Assembly: GCA_963826715.1 (NCBI GenBank)
Contig: CAWGYA010000008.1
Location: 320,001-384,000 of the forward strand
DNA length: 64,000 nt
Direction: 5' to 3'
Origin: Candidatus Bathyarchaeota archaeon
GTDB taxonomy: Archaea > Thermoproteota > Bathyarchaeia > Bathyarchaeales > Bathycorpusculaceae
The first letter of the stretch is position 1; every line of letters starts with the position of its first letter. Shown in pieces: positions 50,258 through 61,810 of the stretch. The notes below the pieces were generated by a model. The model did no database searches. It was given only the letters and a program-made list of their open reading frames with translations, and was not told the origin of the DNA. The translations under genes and the position numbers were made by a program.

Positions 50258-50369
50258 AAACTTAGAGAGCCCAACGGCTCAATAAAAGAATACCGCAAAA
50301 TATACTCCACTATGCAGAAAGGATTTAACTTTAAATTGTAACACCCACGTAACCTTTATTCGGGTTTAA

Positions 50370-50936
50370 ATGACTAGAAAAATTCAAATCCTCGCTTTCG
50401 CAGGGAGCCTCCGCGCAGGCTCCTTCAACAAAGCTCTCGTCCAAGCCGCCATCCAAGTTGCCCCGCCATCAGTTTCCATTGAAGTTTTCAATTTAGAGGG
50501 TATCCCTCCCTTCAACGCAGATTTGGAAACAATTCCGCCAACAAGAGTAGTAAAATTTAAAGATAAAATCCGCGATGCAGACGCATTGCTTATCGCAACT
50601 CCTGAATACAACTACTCGGTCAGCAGCGTCCTCAAAAATGCAATCGACTGGGCTTCAAGACCCAAAGCAGATAATCCTCTGGAAGGCAAACCGGTTGCGA
50701 TTATGAGCGCCTCAACGAGTAAATTCGGCGGAGCTCGCGCCCAGTATCATCTGCGACAAATATTTGTATTCCTAAACATGCAGCCAATTAACAAACCTGA
50801 AGTCATGCTCTCTGACGCCGCGCATAACGTGGATGTCGTTGGAAAATTAACCAACCAAGAAACTCTAAAGCTTATAAAGCAATTAGTTGAGGCCGTGGCA
50901 GCGTGGACAATTAAGTTACAAAATAAACCCGAATAA
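50370..50936 (+). CDS. NAD(P)H-dependent FMN reductase (ChrR-like)
   Basis: GSLR.GSFN, TPEYNYS...LKNAIDW.SR, GGARAQ.HLRQ. Confidence 0.93.
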   Translation: MTRKIQILAFAGSLRAGSFNKALVQAAIQVAPPSVSIEVFNLEGIPPFNADLETIPPTRVVKFKDKIRDADALLIATPEYNYSVSSVLKNAIDWASRPKADNPLEGKPVAIMSASTSKFGGARAQYHLRQIFVFLNMQPINKPEVMLSDAAHNVDVVGKLTNQETLKLIKQLVEAVAAWTIKLQNKPE

Positions 50937-51022
50937 TTCATCGTCCTTACCAAGCTGCTTTCTTGTTGACTGTGCAAACCCTTAAAATGGATAGTGATCA
51001 CGTAGGAATTGGCGTGAATTAG

Positions 51023-52315
51023 ATGAGAATTATAGCAGACCTGCATATTCACGGCAGATACAGCCGCGCAACCAGCGAGCAAATGCATATAACCGAAATC
51101 GCAAAATACGCAAAAATCAAAGGACTTAACTTAGTAGGCACAGGCGACTTCACTCATCCCCTCTGGCTTCAAGAAATCCAAGAAAGTCTTACCCCAGAAA
51201 ACACTACAGGACTACTAAAAACTGCCAAAGCAGATTCGCCTGTGCGATTTATTCTGCAAACTGAAGTGTGCACCATCTTTGACTATAAAGGGGAATCAAA
51301 AAAGGTCCACCACGTAATCTTAACACCTAACCTAGAAACAGCACAACAGATTAATGAGCGTCTCAAAAGATATGGCGACTTAGCCTCTGACGGCAGAGCC
51401 ATCCTTGATGCCACCGCTCCTCAGCTAGCTGAGGAAGTCATGGAGGTCAGCGGCGACAACATGATTTTCCCCGCCCATGTATGGACGCCATGGTTTAGCA
51501 TCTTCGGCGCTTTCAGTGGCTTTGATTCAGTTCAAGATTGTTACCAGGACATGACTAAACACATCCATGCATTAGAAACAGGACTATCATCTGATCCAGC
51601 GATGAACTGGAGGCTGAGCAAACTTGACCGGTTCACTCTTGTTTCTAACAGTGACTGCCACAGTTTCTGGCCATGGCGCATCGGCAGAGAAGCCAACGTC
51701 TTTGATCTTCCAGACTTTACCTACAATAATGTGATCTCGGCTATTTCGGACAATGATCCAGAACGCTTCAAGTTTACAATTGAAACTGACCCCGCCTATG
51801 GAAAGTATCACTGGACAGGACATCGCAACTGTAAAATTGCTCTCTCGCCAGAGGAAGCTATCAAATTCGGCAACATCTGTCCCTCATGCCGTCGCAAACT
51901 AACAAAAGGGGTTGAGCAACGCGTAGAGGAACTTGCCGATCGACCAGCTGACTTTAAACGCGCCAATGTACCGGGTTTTAAGCGGCTTCTGCCTCTCTCC
52001 GAAATCATTGCGGCTGTGATTGGAACTGACTCACCTGCCATTCAAGCAGTCTGGAAACCCTATAATTTGCTGATAAAGCGCTTTGGAGACGAATATAGCG
52101 TATTGTTGGATGCTCCCTTAGGTGAGCTGACAAAAGTTGTGGATACGCAGTTTGCTGATGCAATTGTAAAAGTGCGAGAAGGTAAAGCGGAGGTAAAACC
52201 TGGCTATGATGGCGTATATGGACAACTGGTACTGGGAATAGATCCGTTGAAAGTTAAACCTAAACAAACCTCTGCCCCCACGGTGCAACAACGCAGTATG
52301 ACCGATTTCTGGTAA
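51023..52315 (+). CDS. Endonuclease Q family (PHP domain + zinc ribbon)
   Basis: ADLHIH..YSRATS, GTGDFTHP, PAH.WTPW, ETGLSSD, SNSDCHS, GKYH, CPSC, PGYDGVYG. Confidence 0.92.
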   Translation: MRIIADLHIHGRYSRATSEQMHITEIAKYAKIKGLNLVGTGDFTHPLWLQEIQESLTPENTTGLLKTAKADSPVRFILQTEVCTIFDYKGESKKVHHVILTPNLETAQQINERLKRYGDLASDGRAILDATAPQLAEEVMEVSGDNMIFPAHVWTPWFSIFGAFSGFDSVQDCYQDMTKHIHALETGLSSDPAMNWRLSKLDRFTLVSNSDCHSFWPWRIGREANVFDLPDFTYNNVISAISDNDPERFKFTIETDPAYGKYHWTGHRNCKIALSPEEAIKFGNICPSCRRKLTKGVEQRVEELADRPADFKRANVPGFKRLLPLSEIIAAVIGTDSPAIQAVWKPYNLLIKRFGDEYSVLLDAPLGELTKVVDTQFADAIVKVREGKAEVKPGYDGVYGQLVLGIDPLKVKPKQTSAPTVQQRSMTDFW

Positions 52316-52617
52316 AAAGGATCTTAAAACAAATGGAGCTAAATACCCTATCAGATTGAGTCCAATTTAAAAAATGTGACTGCAAAACTATTGAAGTTTG
52401 ACAAGCATACCATTTACCATCCACATCTGAACACGCGCATCCTAAGGTAATAGAACCAATTTCAGAATGGCAACGTTGCCAAAAGAGTGCGACCTATCCA
52501 CCTATACCGCATATTATTAAATGCCTTATCCACCTCAAAGGTTATTTTACACATAGAGTCATCAATTGAACACCCCGAAGAGCACAATCATTTTATGCCT
52601 AAGTTTAACTCATGTAA

Positions 52618-54021
52618 ATGCGGATTTGGTTACTCTTGAAAGAGCTTCTGAACAGATTAACTAATACAGCCTCGTCTAAGTTTGGCGCAGAATACGCTGA
52701 AGCCCGAGCACAACACTTAACCAAAACCATGCTCACTATAAAAGAGGAAAGGGTAGAGGCCGCCAAACAGGGAATTGAAAATGGCGTGGCCATCCGAGTC
52801 CTAATCAACGGTGCGTGGGGCTTCGCTTCCGTTGGCTCTTTGGACCCCTTGATTTTAGAAAACGCAGTTTCAGATTCCTGTCGAATGGCAAAACTTGCAA
52901 GTACAAGGTTGAAAACCCCGATTAAGATAGCAGTAACCAAAGTTGTGGAAGACCATGTCGTTGCAAACCCCAAAAAAAACCCCTCTGAGATATCCATAGA
53001 GGACAAAATCAAAACCGTGTTAGCAATTAACAAAACCAGTCTTGCCTTTGACCCTCGCATTAAGAGCTGCGGAGTTGACTATATGGATATGATGAGCAAC
53101 AGCTTTTTTGTTAACAGCGAAGGCACTAGCATAGAACAGGATAAAATCTATGTTTGGGGACGAATAACCGCTTCAGCACAAAGCGAAGGCATTTTCACTT
53201 TCAGTCGCGAAGAAATCGGCTCTACTACAGGTTATGAACTCTTTGATAAAGAACCCCCTGAAGTTATTGGTCAAAAAGTAGCTAAACGTGCCATAGAGCA
53301 ACTAAGGGCTAATCCACCTAAAGGAGGCAAATCCCCAGTTGTCTTAGGTCCTAATGTGGTAGGGGTTTTTGTACACGAGGCATTTGGGCACCTAGCCGAA
53401 GCCGATTTAGCGCTTTCAGGCGGATTACTAACCAGTTACATGGGCAAAAAAATCGGTTCCGACTTAGTTACATTCTACGACGACGGCACAATCGAGGGCT
53501 CCTTTGGCGCCTTCAAATATGACGATGAAGGAGTCGCCAGCCACAAAACCCTACTCATCAAAGGAGGCGTTGTTAAGGGTTTGATGCATAACCGCGAAAC
53601 CGCCTATAAATTTGGTGCAACCCCTACAGGAAACGCACGCGCTGAAGATTTCCGTGTTGAACCTATTATTCGAATGCGATGCACTTACATGGAACCTAAA
53701 GACCACACCTTCGAGGAATTGCTGGAAGGTATCAAGTTAGGCTATTTCTTTAAAAGTTTCCGCGGAGGCCAGGCGAGTCTTGATGGCACCTTCCAAGTAG
53801 GAATTCAAGAAGGATATGAAATCAACAACGGTGAAATCGGTGCCCCCGTCCGAAACGCATCCATCAGCGGCAACACATTAGAAACCCTGCATAAGGTGGA
53901 TGGCGTAGGGAAAGACTTTGCTTTAGAACCTGGCAGATGTGGAAAAGGCCAGACGGCATTTATCTGTGATGGTGGACCGCACATTAGAATAAATGAGGTG
54001 ATTGTCGGTGGCAGCGCTTGA
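52618..54021 (+). CDS. tldD: TldD family metalloprotease
   Basis: [32 protein letters not shown]; the start may be TTG 52636. Confidence 0.93.
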   Translation: MRIWLLLKELLNRLTNTASSKFGAEYAEARAQHLTKTMLTIKEERVEAAKQGIENGVAIRVLINGAWGFASVGSLDPLILENAVSDSCRMAKLASTRLKTPIKIAVTKVVEDHVVANPKKNPSEISIEDKIKTVLAINKTSLAFDPRIKSCGVDYMDMMSNSFFVNSEGTSIEQDKIYVWGRITASAQSEGIFTFSREEIGSTTGYELFDKEPPEVIGQKVAKRAIEQLRANPPKGGKSPVVLGPNVVGVFVHEAFGHLAEADLALSGGLLTSYMGKKIGSDLVTFYDDGTIEGSFGAFKYDDEGVASHKTLLIKGGVVKGLMHNRETAYKFGATPTGNARAEDFRVEPIIRMRCTYMEPKDHTFEELLEGIKLGYFFKSFRGGQASLDGTFQVGIQEGYEINNGEIGAPVRNASISGNTLETLHKVDGVGKDFALEPGRCGKGQTAFICDGGPHIRINEVIVGGSA

Positions 54022-55372
54022 AAAACACTTCATGATTGATTTAGCCGAAAAAGCAGTAGCTTCTGCATTGAAGCTGGGCGCGGCTGAAGCTGAAGCCTAT
54101 GTGTATGATGGGCAAGCGATCAACATTGGCATCGACCTTGGGCAAATCAGCAAATCCAACCGCATTATAGACCGCGGAGTGGGTATTCAAGTCATCCAAG
54201 GCAAGGCTAAAGGATTTGCGTATACAAACATCATAGACAAACCTACCAGTATAGAAAAAGTTGCTGCAAATGCATTGAGTTCAGCAAGAGCAAGCAAACC
54301 CGACATTGACTGGCAGGAACTACCGCAAAAGAAACCCTACAGCCTAACACAACAGACCTTTGATCCAAAAATCATGGAACTCATCCCCGAAGATCTTGTA
54401 AATATTACAGCAACTATGCTTGATGCCGCAAATGTAGTTGACAAGCGGGTTTTAGCCATTGAAGGAGGAGTCGGCAGTGGATTCGTCGCAAATGCTATCG
54501 CCAACTCAAATGGCATATCAGCCTATGACCGTGGTACAATTGTTGAATGCAGTTTGGCTACATTAGCAAAAGACGCCGGCTCAGTTACGCCAGTATGTTT
54601 CGAATTCAATGCAGCACGAAACTATACCCTAGATCCAGTTTGGGTTGGCAGAGAAGCCGCAAAACGGGCTATTTCAGCCTTAAAACCTAAACCTGCCGAA
54701 ACAAAAACCGCCAAAGTGATTCTAACACAGTTTGCCCTTCAAGATCTCCTTGCCTCTACATTCATGGGGGCTATCAAAGCCGATAGCGTCCAACGCAACC
54801 AATCACCGTTCAAAGAAAAACTCGGTGCGCAAGTCGCTTCAGAAAACCTAACCATCATCGATAACGGTTTGTTCCCCGCCGGGTTACGAACCTCAGTTTT
54901 CGACGGCGAAGGAATTCCACATCAAAAAACAGTAGTTATCGAAAAAGGCGTTCTGAAAAAATTTCTCTACGATAACTACACTGCCAGAAAAAGCGGAGTG
55001 GAAAGCACAGGCAACGCTTCACGACCAGGTTACCTCTCAACATCTATCATCGAAACCACAAACTTACATATCCTTCCCCAAAACCAGACTCCAGAGCAGA
55101 TGATTTCAGGAGTCGACGACGGTTTCATCGTCTATTACCTACAAGGAGCTCACAGCAGCAACCCCGTAAGTGGTGAATTCTCAGTTGTCGCAACACCTGC
55201 ATGGAAGATCCGTAATGGTGAAATTGTGCATCCCTGTCAAGGCGTTATGCTTGCAGGCAACATCTTCGACTTGCTCAAAAACATCTCTGTTGTCGGCACC
55301 AACGAGCGGCAGATGGGCTCCTTGATTGGACCATGGATTACAGTGGACAAACTTCGAGTAATCGGCAGATAG
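54002..55372 (+). CDS. pmbA: PmbA/TldE family protein
   Basis: [23 protein letters not shown]; lacks the HE motif; coupled to tldD. Confidence 0.9.
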   Translation: MSVAALEKHFMIDLAEKAVASALKLGAAEAEAYVYDGQAINIGIDLGQISKSNRIIDRGVGIQVIQGKAKGFAYTNIIDKPTSIEKVAANALSSARASKPDIDWQELPQKKPYSLTQQTFDPKIMELIPEDLVNITATMLDAANVVDKRVLAIEGGVGSGFVANAIANSNGISAYDRGTIVECSLATLAKDAGSVTPVCFEFNAARNYTLDPVWVGREAAKRAISALKPKPAETKTAKVILTQFALQDLLASTFMGAIKADSVQRNQSPFKEKLGAQVASENLTIIDNGLFPAGLRTSVFDGEGIPHQKTVVIEKGVLKKFLYDNYTARKSGVESTGNASRPGYLSTSIIETTNLHILPQNQTPEQMISGVDDGFIVYYLQGAHSSNPVSGEFSVVATPAWKIRNGEIVHPCQGVMLAGNIFDLLKNISVVGTNERQMGSLIGPWITVDKLRVIGR

Positions 55373-55374
55373 AT

Positions 55375-56610
55375 TTAGAGTTTTGCCCAGAAACTCTTTG
55401 AGTATTCACCTATAACACCTTCGTAGATGTGTTTGGTTTGCTGGGCAATTTTTTCCCAGTCATACTTCTCCTGCACTCGTTTGTAAGCGTTATCTCGAAT
55501 GAGACCAGCAAACCCCTCATTCTTCAACACCTTAGTTATACCCCAAGCAAGCGAATCAGGATTATTTGGGTAAACTTTCACCCCTGTCATTTCATGCTCA
55601 ATGATCTCCGACAAGCCGCCTGTATCCGACGCCACAACAGGACTTTGCGCCGCCATAGCCTCCAGCGCCACAATGCCAAAGGGTTCAAACAAAGAGGGTA
55701 CAACTGACACATCCGCTACCCTTTGCAACTTAAACAGCGTTACCTCATCGAGGAAGCCTTCAAAAAGCACCTTATGCTCCAACCCCATGCTACGAACAAT
55801 ATTTAGAAGTTGCTCTTTCATGTAGCCACTGCCAACAATTATAAATTTAGCATTGACTTTACTGAGGATTTTGGGCACAGCATTAACAAGAACATGAATT
55901 CCCTTCTCATACACTAGTCGCCCCACGAAGAGCACGATTTTTTCTTCAGGCAAAGCAAATTTACTACGGAATTTATTGCGGTCTATATCGCTGTCGTAGT
56001 TGTGGATATTGACACCGTTAGGCACCATAACCAACTTATCGTTGGGCAATCCAAAAACATAACGAACATGCGATATCATGTAATTACTGCAACAAATAAC
56101 CTTCCAAGCCTCATAGGTGAGCCACGCCTCAGTTTCATGAATCATCTTTTCAGCAGTGGTGTGTAAGCCGTCGCGCCTACCCATTTCTGTGGAGTGCATC
56201 GTTACCAGTAATGGTTTTCTAAAAACATGTTTAAGTCCGATACCGGCGTTTGCCACCAACCAATCATGTGCATGGATAACGTCAATTTTATTGCCGAATT
56301 TCTTCATCAATGCCGCAGTTTCCCGCTGCATGTTCATGTTCATCAGGTACACCCATGTGGCGAAGTCAGGAGAGGGATTCTTGTAAGAGTCGATTCGATA
56401 GACTTCTACGCCGTCTATGACTTCATGCGCTGGAGCTCCCGGAAAATCGCAGGTTACAACATAAACCTTCACACCTTGCTTGGCTAAGTGTTTAGATAAG
56501 AAGTAAATATGGGGTGATATACCCCCGATGACTCTGGGCGGATATTCCCAAGTCAGCATCATAACAGATAGTTTATGTTGCATGTTATTTTGCCTCCGCA
56601 ACATTACCAT
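55375..56610 (-). CDS. GT4 glycosyltransferase (glycogen synthase-like)
   Basis: WEYPPRVIGG, HAHDWL, HSTE.GR, GRLVYEKG, PSLFEPFGIVALEAM. Confidence 0.92.
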   Translation of the reverse strand: MVMLRRQNNMQHKLSVMMLTWEYPPRVIGGISPHIYFLSKHLAKQGVKVYVVTCDFPGAPAHEVIDGVEVYRIDSYKNPSPDFATWVYLMNMNMQRETAALMKKFGNKIDVIHAHDWLVANAGIGLKHVFRKPLLVTMHSTEMGRRDGLHTTAEKMIHETEAWLTYEAWKVICCSNYMISHVRYVFGLPNDKLVMVPNGVNIHNYDSDIDRNKFRSKFALPEEKIVLFVGRLVYEKGIHVLVNAVPKILSKVNAKFIIVGSGYMKEQLLNIVRSMGLEHKVLFEGFLDEVTLFKLQRVADVSVVPSLFEPFGIVALEAMAAQSPVVASDTGGLSEIIEHEMTGVKVYPNNPDSLAWGITKVLKNEGFAGLIRDNAYKRVQEKYDWEKIAQQTKHIYEGVIGEYSKSFWAKL

Positions 56611-57202
56611 AGAGTTTTAGAACATCTTCTATCCAAGAACCAGAGGTGATTGAAATAACGGCGATTTTTTCCTCGGGAACGTTATAAATTCGCATAACCT
56701 CCTCCTTCATCCACTCGGACTTGACCATTGTCATCTTAGCCTCGAAAAATCCCAACCACTCAATGCTTTTTATAGCCAAATTATATGATGAATTTGCCGT
56801 AGGTGATCGGTGGTCTTCTAAGCTTTCAACCGAGTAGACAAAGGGGATGCCCAACCCTTTTTTGAGGGTAACAGCAGCAGGGATAAAGTGCCAATCAAAC
56901 ACATCTATTAAATCGATTTTCCGGTTCGCATCGTAGTAGACATTTGCGGCAGTACGTTCGACCTCTTGGTTCAGGGTAAGTACCCAGGTTAGGACACCAA
57001 TGTGTGTTTTCACCGGGTTTGTGACACGCATAGTTTTGACTCCGCTAGGCTCAGTTGTTTCGCCTGTGATGCGGTCATCGTAGGTAACGACGGTTATATC
57101 CACTTTGTTTGCAGCAAGCTGGGATGTTAAAGATTTAACATATCCAGAGAGTTGTCCGACCACCCGAGGAGGGTACTCCCACGAAAAAACTATAGCACGC
57201 AT
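56585..57202 (-). CDS. Stand-alone GT4 N-terminal domain protein
   Basis: WEYPPRVVG, D.FDW, IE.LG; no C-terminal domain and no EPFG motif. Confidence 0.8.
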   Translation of the reverse strand: MRAIVFSWEYPPRVVGQLSGYVKSLTSQLAANKVDITVVTYDDRITGETTEPSGVKTMRVTNPVKTHIGVLTWVLTLNQEVERTAANVYYDANRKIDLIDVFDWHFIPAAVTLKKGLGIPFVYSVESLEDHRSPTANSSYNLAIKSIEWLGFFEAKMTMVKSEWMKEEVMRIYNVPEEKIAVISITSGSWIEDVLKLYGNVAEAK

Positions 57203-57209
57203 ATTTTCA

Positions 57210-57479
57210 CTACGTAAATAGTGAACAAACCTTAATTATTCCTCGACCATTGAGATAGTAACGTTTTTTGCCTTCATTATCAATGAACCCTTCAGCAAAA
57301 CCTTCAGACTTGTATCGGTCCAGAATACTTTCAATTTCGTTAGGATCTTTCTGCAATAACCTTGCCACTTCGTCTCCTCGTCTAGCCAAGTCAGCTGCTG
57401 TAGCACATAGGTTGTGGAGTGTCTGCAGAACCTTGTCTGGAAACGGAAGTTCTTCCCTCATATCTTTTGCACCGTACAA
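57210..57479 (-). CDS. Small wHTH protein
   Basis: HTH-like helices and KRYYLN.RGI. Confidence 0.6.
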   Translation of the reverse strand: MYGAKDMREELPFPDKVLQTLHNLCATAADLARRGDEVARLLQKDPNEIESILDRYKSEGFAEGFIDNEGKKRYYLNGRGIIKVCSLFT

Positions 57480-57528
57480 TCAGATAGTACGCCAATTTGG
57501 TTTATAAACGCATATGAGAAAGGCGCAA

Positions 57529-59100
57529 CTACGAAAGTTGAGTAGCTTCATTAACCTCTTTAACTTGGGATACGAAACGTTTCTTGGCTACGGCAAGAAG
57601 ATTATTTCTTAGTTCCTCACTTGTCTGCTTGGTCTTTTTCAACGTTTTAATGCTGTCGGCGAGTTTCGGGTCCCGAAGGGAGAACCGCGCCCAGCTTTCA
57701 AAATCGCCGTTGCTAACATGGAAATTCACTGCTTTGACATCTACAACTTCAAGACCACTAACAAAGCCTTTCAGACTCCAAGCCATAATACCTGTATCAT
57801 ATTCTCTACCAATGCCCGTATGGAACAGAAAAGGTTCATTTGCTGTTAAAATAGCCAGACGCAATCTAGCTTCGAAATCGTTGATTAGTGTTTGAGCAGC
57901 AACAAAAGCATCCATCGGTGATTCGTAAGGGCTAAAGTATGAATGCACTTCACCTGGACCGCCTCCAGCGGTGAACATGTAGTAGAGATGATCACTAGTC
58001 TGGAAGTCCCGCCAAAGTTTCAAAAAAACCTCATCATCTGCCTCTTTGATTAGAGGCTCAAGTCTACGTATAGTCGTGTAATACGCCCATTGCATAACGT
58101 TACCTAACCAGCCGGACTGGTCCCTTTGAATATCAGCCCATGAAACAGTTCCCTCTGATTCAGGCACATCCAGTTCACCCTCTGAGGCATGTTTATCCAA
58201 TACTTCTGAGGGCGTCACCATCTGTAAGTGGTCATATTTTAACAATTCATCAGGAAGGTGCTGTAGAAAACTATGTATGCCAGTTTCGGGCCAATGGTGT
58301 TCGCCGAAGGTTTCATAGTCAGGAAATATGTTTATCACTTCACCCTTGGTTGTTGCAAGCCAGCCAGCGTATTTTGAGGCTGTTAGGGGCCACTCAGGCC
58401 ACCAACGAGCGGAAAAACGGAAGCCAATGTCATCCGTCAACTTGTAGTTACGCAATAACACGCGGATTTTTTTAGACCCTTTCGGTGTGTAAATATAGTT
58501 GGGTGACTTTCCACCCAGAATCTTCTCTACGCCCTCTGTGAAAATGCCCTCGTAACCCATGTCCTCAACGGTTTTAGCGATAGTGTTGTTGTAAAGTAAT
58601 TCAGTATTCTCGAAAACCGTTGGAGTATAACCAAGCAAGTCTTTAACGATTTGTTTATGTAGTTTGGATTGGGCAATAAATTCTTCTTTTTCAGGGTATA
58701 GACTAGCAATAGAATGGTAATAGGTTTGATTTAGAAATTCTGCGCAACCTGTGGCCGCGAGTTGACGAAAACTTTCCAATAGGTCTTTATCGAACATTTC
58801 GCATTGCTCTAAAAACACTCCTGAGACACTAAAAGAGAACTTGGCTTGTTTTCGACACCGCTTATAATTATCTATGACGTCGAGGATTATTTGGTTTGAA
58901 GGAAAATAGCATTTACGTGCTGCACGCTTAAAGATTTCACGGTCTACCTCGGTGTCAAAATAGTAGTTAAAGAGTTCCTCTTTGGTTTGACGGCGAAAAA
59001 CTTTACCTTCCCAAAATAGGTTTCGCCGCAGCCGATGAGGTTGATGCACCTCAAAGACGAACACAACATCAGTCATAACACTTGCCTCTAAACCAAACAA
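57529..59100 (-). CDS. GH57 alpha-amylase-like hydrolase with a C-terminal DUF5752 domain
   Basis: FEVHQP, TYYHS, F.NTEL.Y, RNYKLTDDI.FRFS, DYETFGEH, QTSDH.YYM; C-terminal FH...GDFESW. Confidence 0.92.
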   Translation of the reverse strand: MFGLEASVMTDVVFVFEVHQPHRLRRNLFWEGKVFRRQTKEELFNYYFDTEVDREIFKRAARKCYFPSNQIILDVIDNYKRCRKQAKFSFSVSGVFLEQCEMFDKDLLESFRQLAATGCAEFLNQTYYHSIASLYPEKEEFIAQSKLHKQIVKDLLGYTPTVFENTELLYNNTIAKTVEDMGYEGIFTEGVEKILGGKSPNYIYTPKGSKKIRVLLRNYKLTDDIGFRFSARWWPEWPLTASKYAGWLATTKGEVINIFPDYETFGEHHWPETGIHSFLQHLPDELLKYDHLQMVTPSEVLDKHASEGELDVPESEGTVSWADIQRDQSGWLGNVMQWAYYTTIRRLEPLIKEADDEVFLKLWRDFQTSDHLYYMFTAGGGPGEVHSYFSPYESPMDAFVAAQTLINDFEARLRLAILTANEPFLFHTGIGREYDTGIMAWSLKGFVSGLEVVDVKAVNFHVSNGDFESWARFSLRDPKLADSIKTLKKTKQTSEELRNNLLAVAKKRFVSQVKEVNEATQLS

Positions 59101-59227
59101 ATACTATGCTACGCTTATTTCTAACTTATGCTAAATAGGAAATTCTGCTCTGAAGTTGAATTTGTTTTTTGGTTGCACCAATGAAAAAAGCTTTAATGAT
59201 TATTCATAACTATTAATCAATGAGCGA

Positions 59228-60514
59228 TTGACAAAGGTGCCCCCAGGAAAAGAAGAAATTTACTCAATTATGTTCAGTTCACTTAAGCATCCCATACGCA
59301 GAAAAATCCTGCGCATCCTCGCTGACAAACCTTTAGCTTTCTCAGAGATGCTTGAGCTTCTTGGCATCTCTAGCTCAAACTTAACCTACCACCTTGAAAG
59401 CTTAGGAGAGTTAGTTTCCAAACACGAAAACGGTGTATATCGGCTCTCAACTTTTGGGCAAGCTTCCGTAAGCACTATGAAAATCGTTGAAGAAGCCCCC
59501 GATGGTCCAAACAAAAAACGCAACGGCATAGCCCGCAAATGGAAAATGGTAACAGGAATTCTCCTTATCACCGTAATTGTTTTTGCAAGTGCCGCTTCTT
59601 TGGAAATTAGCACGCTAAGCGAGACTATTAGCCAACGAGATGCACTACAAGTGCGCTACGACCAACTACTTTCTTGGACGACTACTACTGACAATGCTAT
59701 TGACTTTCTTCAGAATGTAGTCCAAATTGACACAGGTAAATATCAAGCCAATCTTCTTAGCCGAACCGTCGAGCAGCGAGCGGATTTAGGCGGGGTAGTT
59801 GAAGAGATAATGCGTTATTCGCTAACGAGTGAAAATAGCAAATTAGATGTTATATTTAGGTTCAGAGATAATCAGCTGTCACAGTATCGACTTGTTGTTA
59901 CTGAGGGCGCCCCAATCTATTCTGAGGCACAATCACATATTGCATTAGACGCCGCTAAGGGTGTTCTTGATAGATTTAGAGATTATGCAGGCGGTAGTTA
60001 TTTAGCAAACATGAGTCGGCTGCTTTCGCTGGTGAACACCCAGCAGAACATGGAAATAAAGGAAGGTAACATTAAACTAAACGCAACTGTCTCTGATGAG
60101 GATGCTCAAATTATCTTGATGAATACTGAAAATGGCGTTGATTTTTCTCCTAAAAGCTTAATTTTGGCGTATAAAGACCGCACGTTGACTGAGTTAACTA
60201 ATGACTGGTACCTCTTTACTGTCGGAAGCACCACTATAACCGTTTCTAATGAACGTGCCGTTCAACTTGCCAAGAATGCCTTAAGTGGTTACTCATGGTC
60301 AGCGAGTGGGCAAAGAATTTCAAACTTCCAAGTATTGTCTAGTCCCTTAACGGTGGTTTTCCATCCAAGCACCAAAAATGACGTGGTTCTTTATCCACAG
60401 TGGACAGTTACATTCTATCTAGACAAGGTATACTCTGGAGGGGTCTACAAAATTTCTGTCGGTGTGTGGGCTGATACAGGTGAGGTTGCTCAGATAGAGC
60501 CACTCAATATCTAA
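59228..60514 (+). CDS. Membrane-tethered ArsR-type wHTH regulator with a large extracellular domain
   Basis: LKHPIRRKIL...LTYHL...YRLS.FG, a TM segment, and an S/T/N-rich exterior ending VWADTGEV. Confidence 0.78.
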   Translation: MTKVPPGKEEIYSIMFSSLKHPIRRKILRILADKPLAFSEMLELLGISSSNLTYHLESLGELVSKHENGVYRLSTFGQASVSTMKIVEEAPDGPNKKRNGIARKWKMVTGILLITVIVFASAASLEISTLSETISQRDALQVRYDQLLSWTTTTDNAIDFLQNVVQIDTGKYQANLLSRTVEQRADLGGVVEEIMRYSLTSENSKLDVIFRFRDNQLSQYRLVVTEGAPIYSEAQSHIALDAAKGVLDRFRDYAGGSYLANMSRLLSLVNTQQNMEIKEGNIKLNATVSDEDAQIILMNTENGVDFSPKSLILAYKDRTLTELTNDWYLFTVGSTTITVSNERAVQLAKNALSGYSWSASGQRISNFQVLSSPLTVVFHPSTKNDVVLYPQWTVTFYLDKVYSGGVYKISVGVWADTGEVAQIEPLNI

Positions 60515-60673
60515 ACTTGTAGTTGAGTGTCTGTAACCAATTGAATCATGCTCGCACTACGCCTCACCTACTATATAGAAATCATCAACAAATTCCGCTA
60601 ACCAAACGCCTACCTCTTCCATTGCCCTCCACCGCATAGCAAAAATTTCTAAACCGCAACCGTTTAATAAGTA

Positions 60674-61759
60674 ATGCCTCAAAGCTTTATCACCAAAACT
60701 AGAAGGCACCCTAACTTGTCATTAAACCAAATCTTAGAAAAACTTTCCAACGCCTGCGGAGTAACAGGCAGGGAAAACCAAGTCCGCGACCTCCTCACTC
60801 AAATGCTTAAACCCTACGCAGACGAAATTCAAATAGACCGCATGGAAAATATCATCGCCATTAAACATGGCAAACCGAAAGCACTGAAAATCATGTTGGC
60901 AGCACATATGGATGAAGTCGGGTTAATGGTGAAAACCATAACCAAAGATGGTTTTCTTCAGTTCAGCAAAATCGGTGGCATCGACGATCGCATCCTTCCG
61001 GCGCAAAAAATTGTAGTTAACACCAAAAAAGCCGTTTACCCCGGCATAATCGGTTCAAAGCCGCCGCACATACAAAAAGAAGATGAACGTAAAAAAATAG
61101 CTACATACGACGAGCTCTTCATTGATGTGGGCGCTGAAAACAGAGAAGCTGCCGTTGGTATGGGGGTTGCAATCGGTGACCCTGTTTCTTTTGACGTAAC
61201 ATATACTCAGCTTGGCGGAGAACGGGTAATGGGAAAAGCCTTTGATAACCGAGCTGGTTGCGCTGTTATGGTTGAAACTATGCGGTTGTTGAAGGAAACC
61301 GATTGCTCAGTTTTTGCAGTTGGTACCGTGCAGGAGGAGGTAGGTTTGCGTGGGGCAACTACGGCGGCGTTTGGCGTAGACCCTGATTTAGCGTTGGCAC
61401 TTGACGTGACTATAGCAGGGGATGTTCCTGGAGTGAGGGAGTTCGACACTAGTGTAAAAATAGGTAACGGACCTGCTTTAACCATCAGCGATTCAGGGTT
61501 GATTACACATCCTAAAATTTTGCGGTGGCTGCTTGAAACAGGGGAGGAAGAGAAAATCCCCATCCAGCTTGAGTCAGGGTTGCTTGGCAGCACTGACGCC
61601 GCCCGAATCTCCATTACTCGTGCGGGTATCCCAGCAGGAACCATATCCATCCCTACACGTTATATCCACAGTCCGGCAGGTATCCTAAGCCTTAAAGACA
61701 TAGAAAACAGCTCAAAACTGGCTGCTGCAGCAATCGAGAAAATTGCCAAGTTCTTTTAG
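60674..61759 (+). CDS. M42 family aminopeptidase (TET-like)
   Basis: AAHMDEVG, KAFDNR.G, VQEEVGLRGA, DVT, RYIHS; the start may be TTG 60716. Confidence 0.95.
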   Translation: MPQSFITKTRRHPNLSLNQILEKLSNACGVTGRENQVRDLLTQMLKPYADEIQIDRMENIIAIKHGKPKALKIMLAAHMDEVGLMVKTITKDGFLQFSKIGGIDDRILPAQKIVVNTKKAVYPGIIGSKPPHIQKEDERKKIATYDELFIDVGAENREAAVGMGVAIGDPVSFDVTYTQLGGERVMGKAFDNRAGCAVMVETMRLLKETDCSVFAVGTVQEEVGLRGATTAAFGVDPDLALALDVTIAGDVPGVREFDTSVKIGNGPALTISDSGLITHPKILRWLLETGEEEKIPIQLESGLLGSTDAARISITRAGIPAGTISIPTRYIHSPAGILSLKDIENSSKLAAAAIEKIAKFF

Positions 61760-61810
61760 GCGGAATTGATTTTTATTAACCTCCCTTCTTCTTTATACAA
61801 GTGAGCAAGC

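Noticed and set aside
52468-52481. 14-bp palindrome tggcaacgttgcca upstream of tldD
   Set aside because: Single occurrence about 140 bp from the start codon, with no clear promoter relationship; could be chance.
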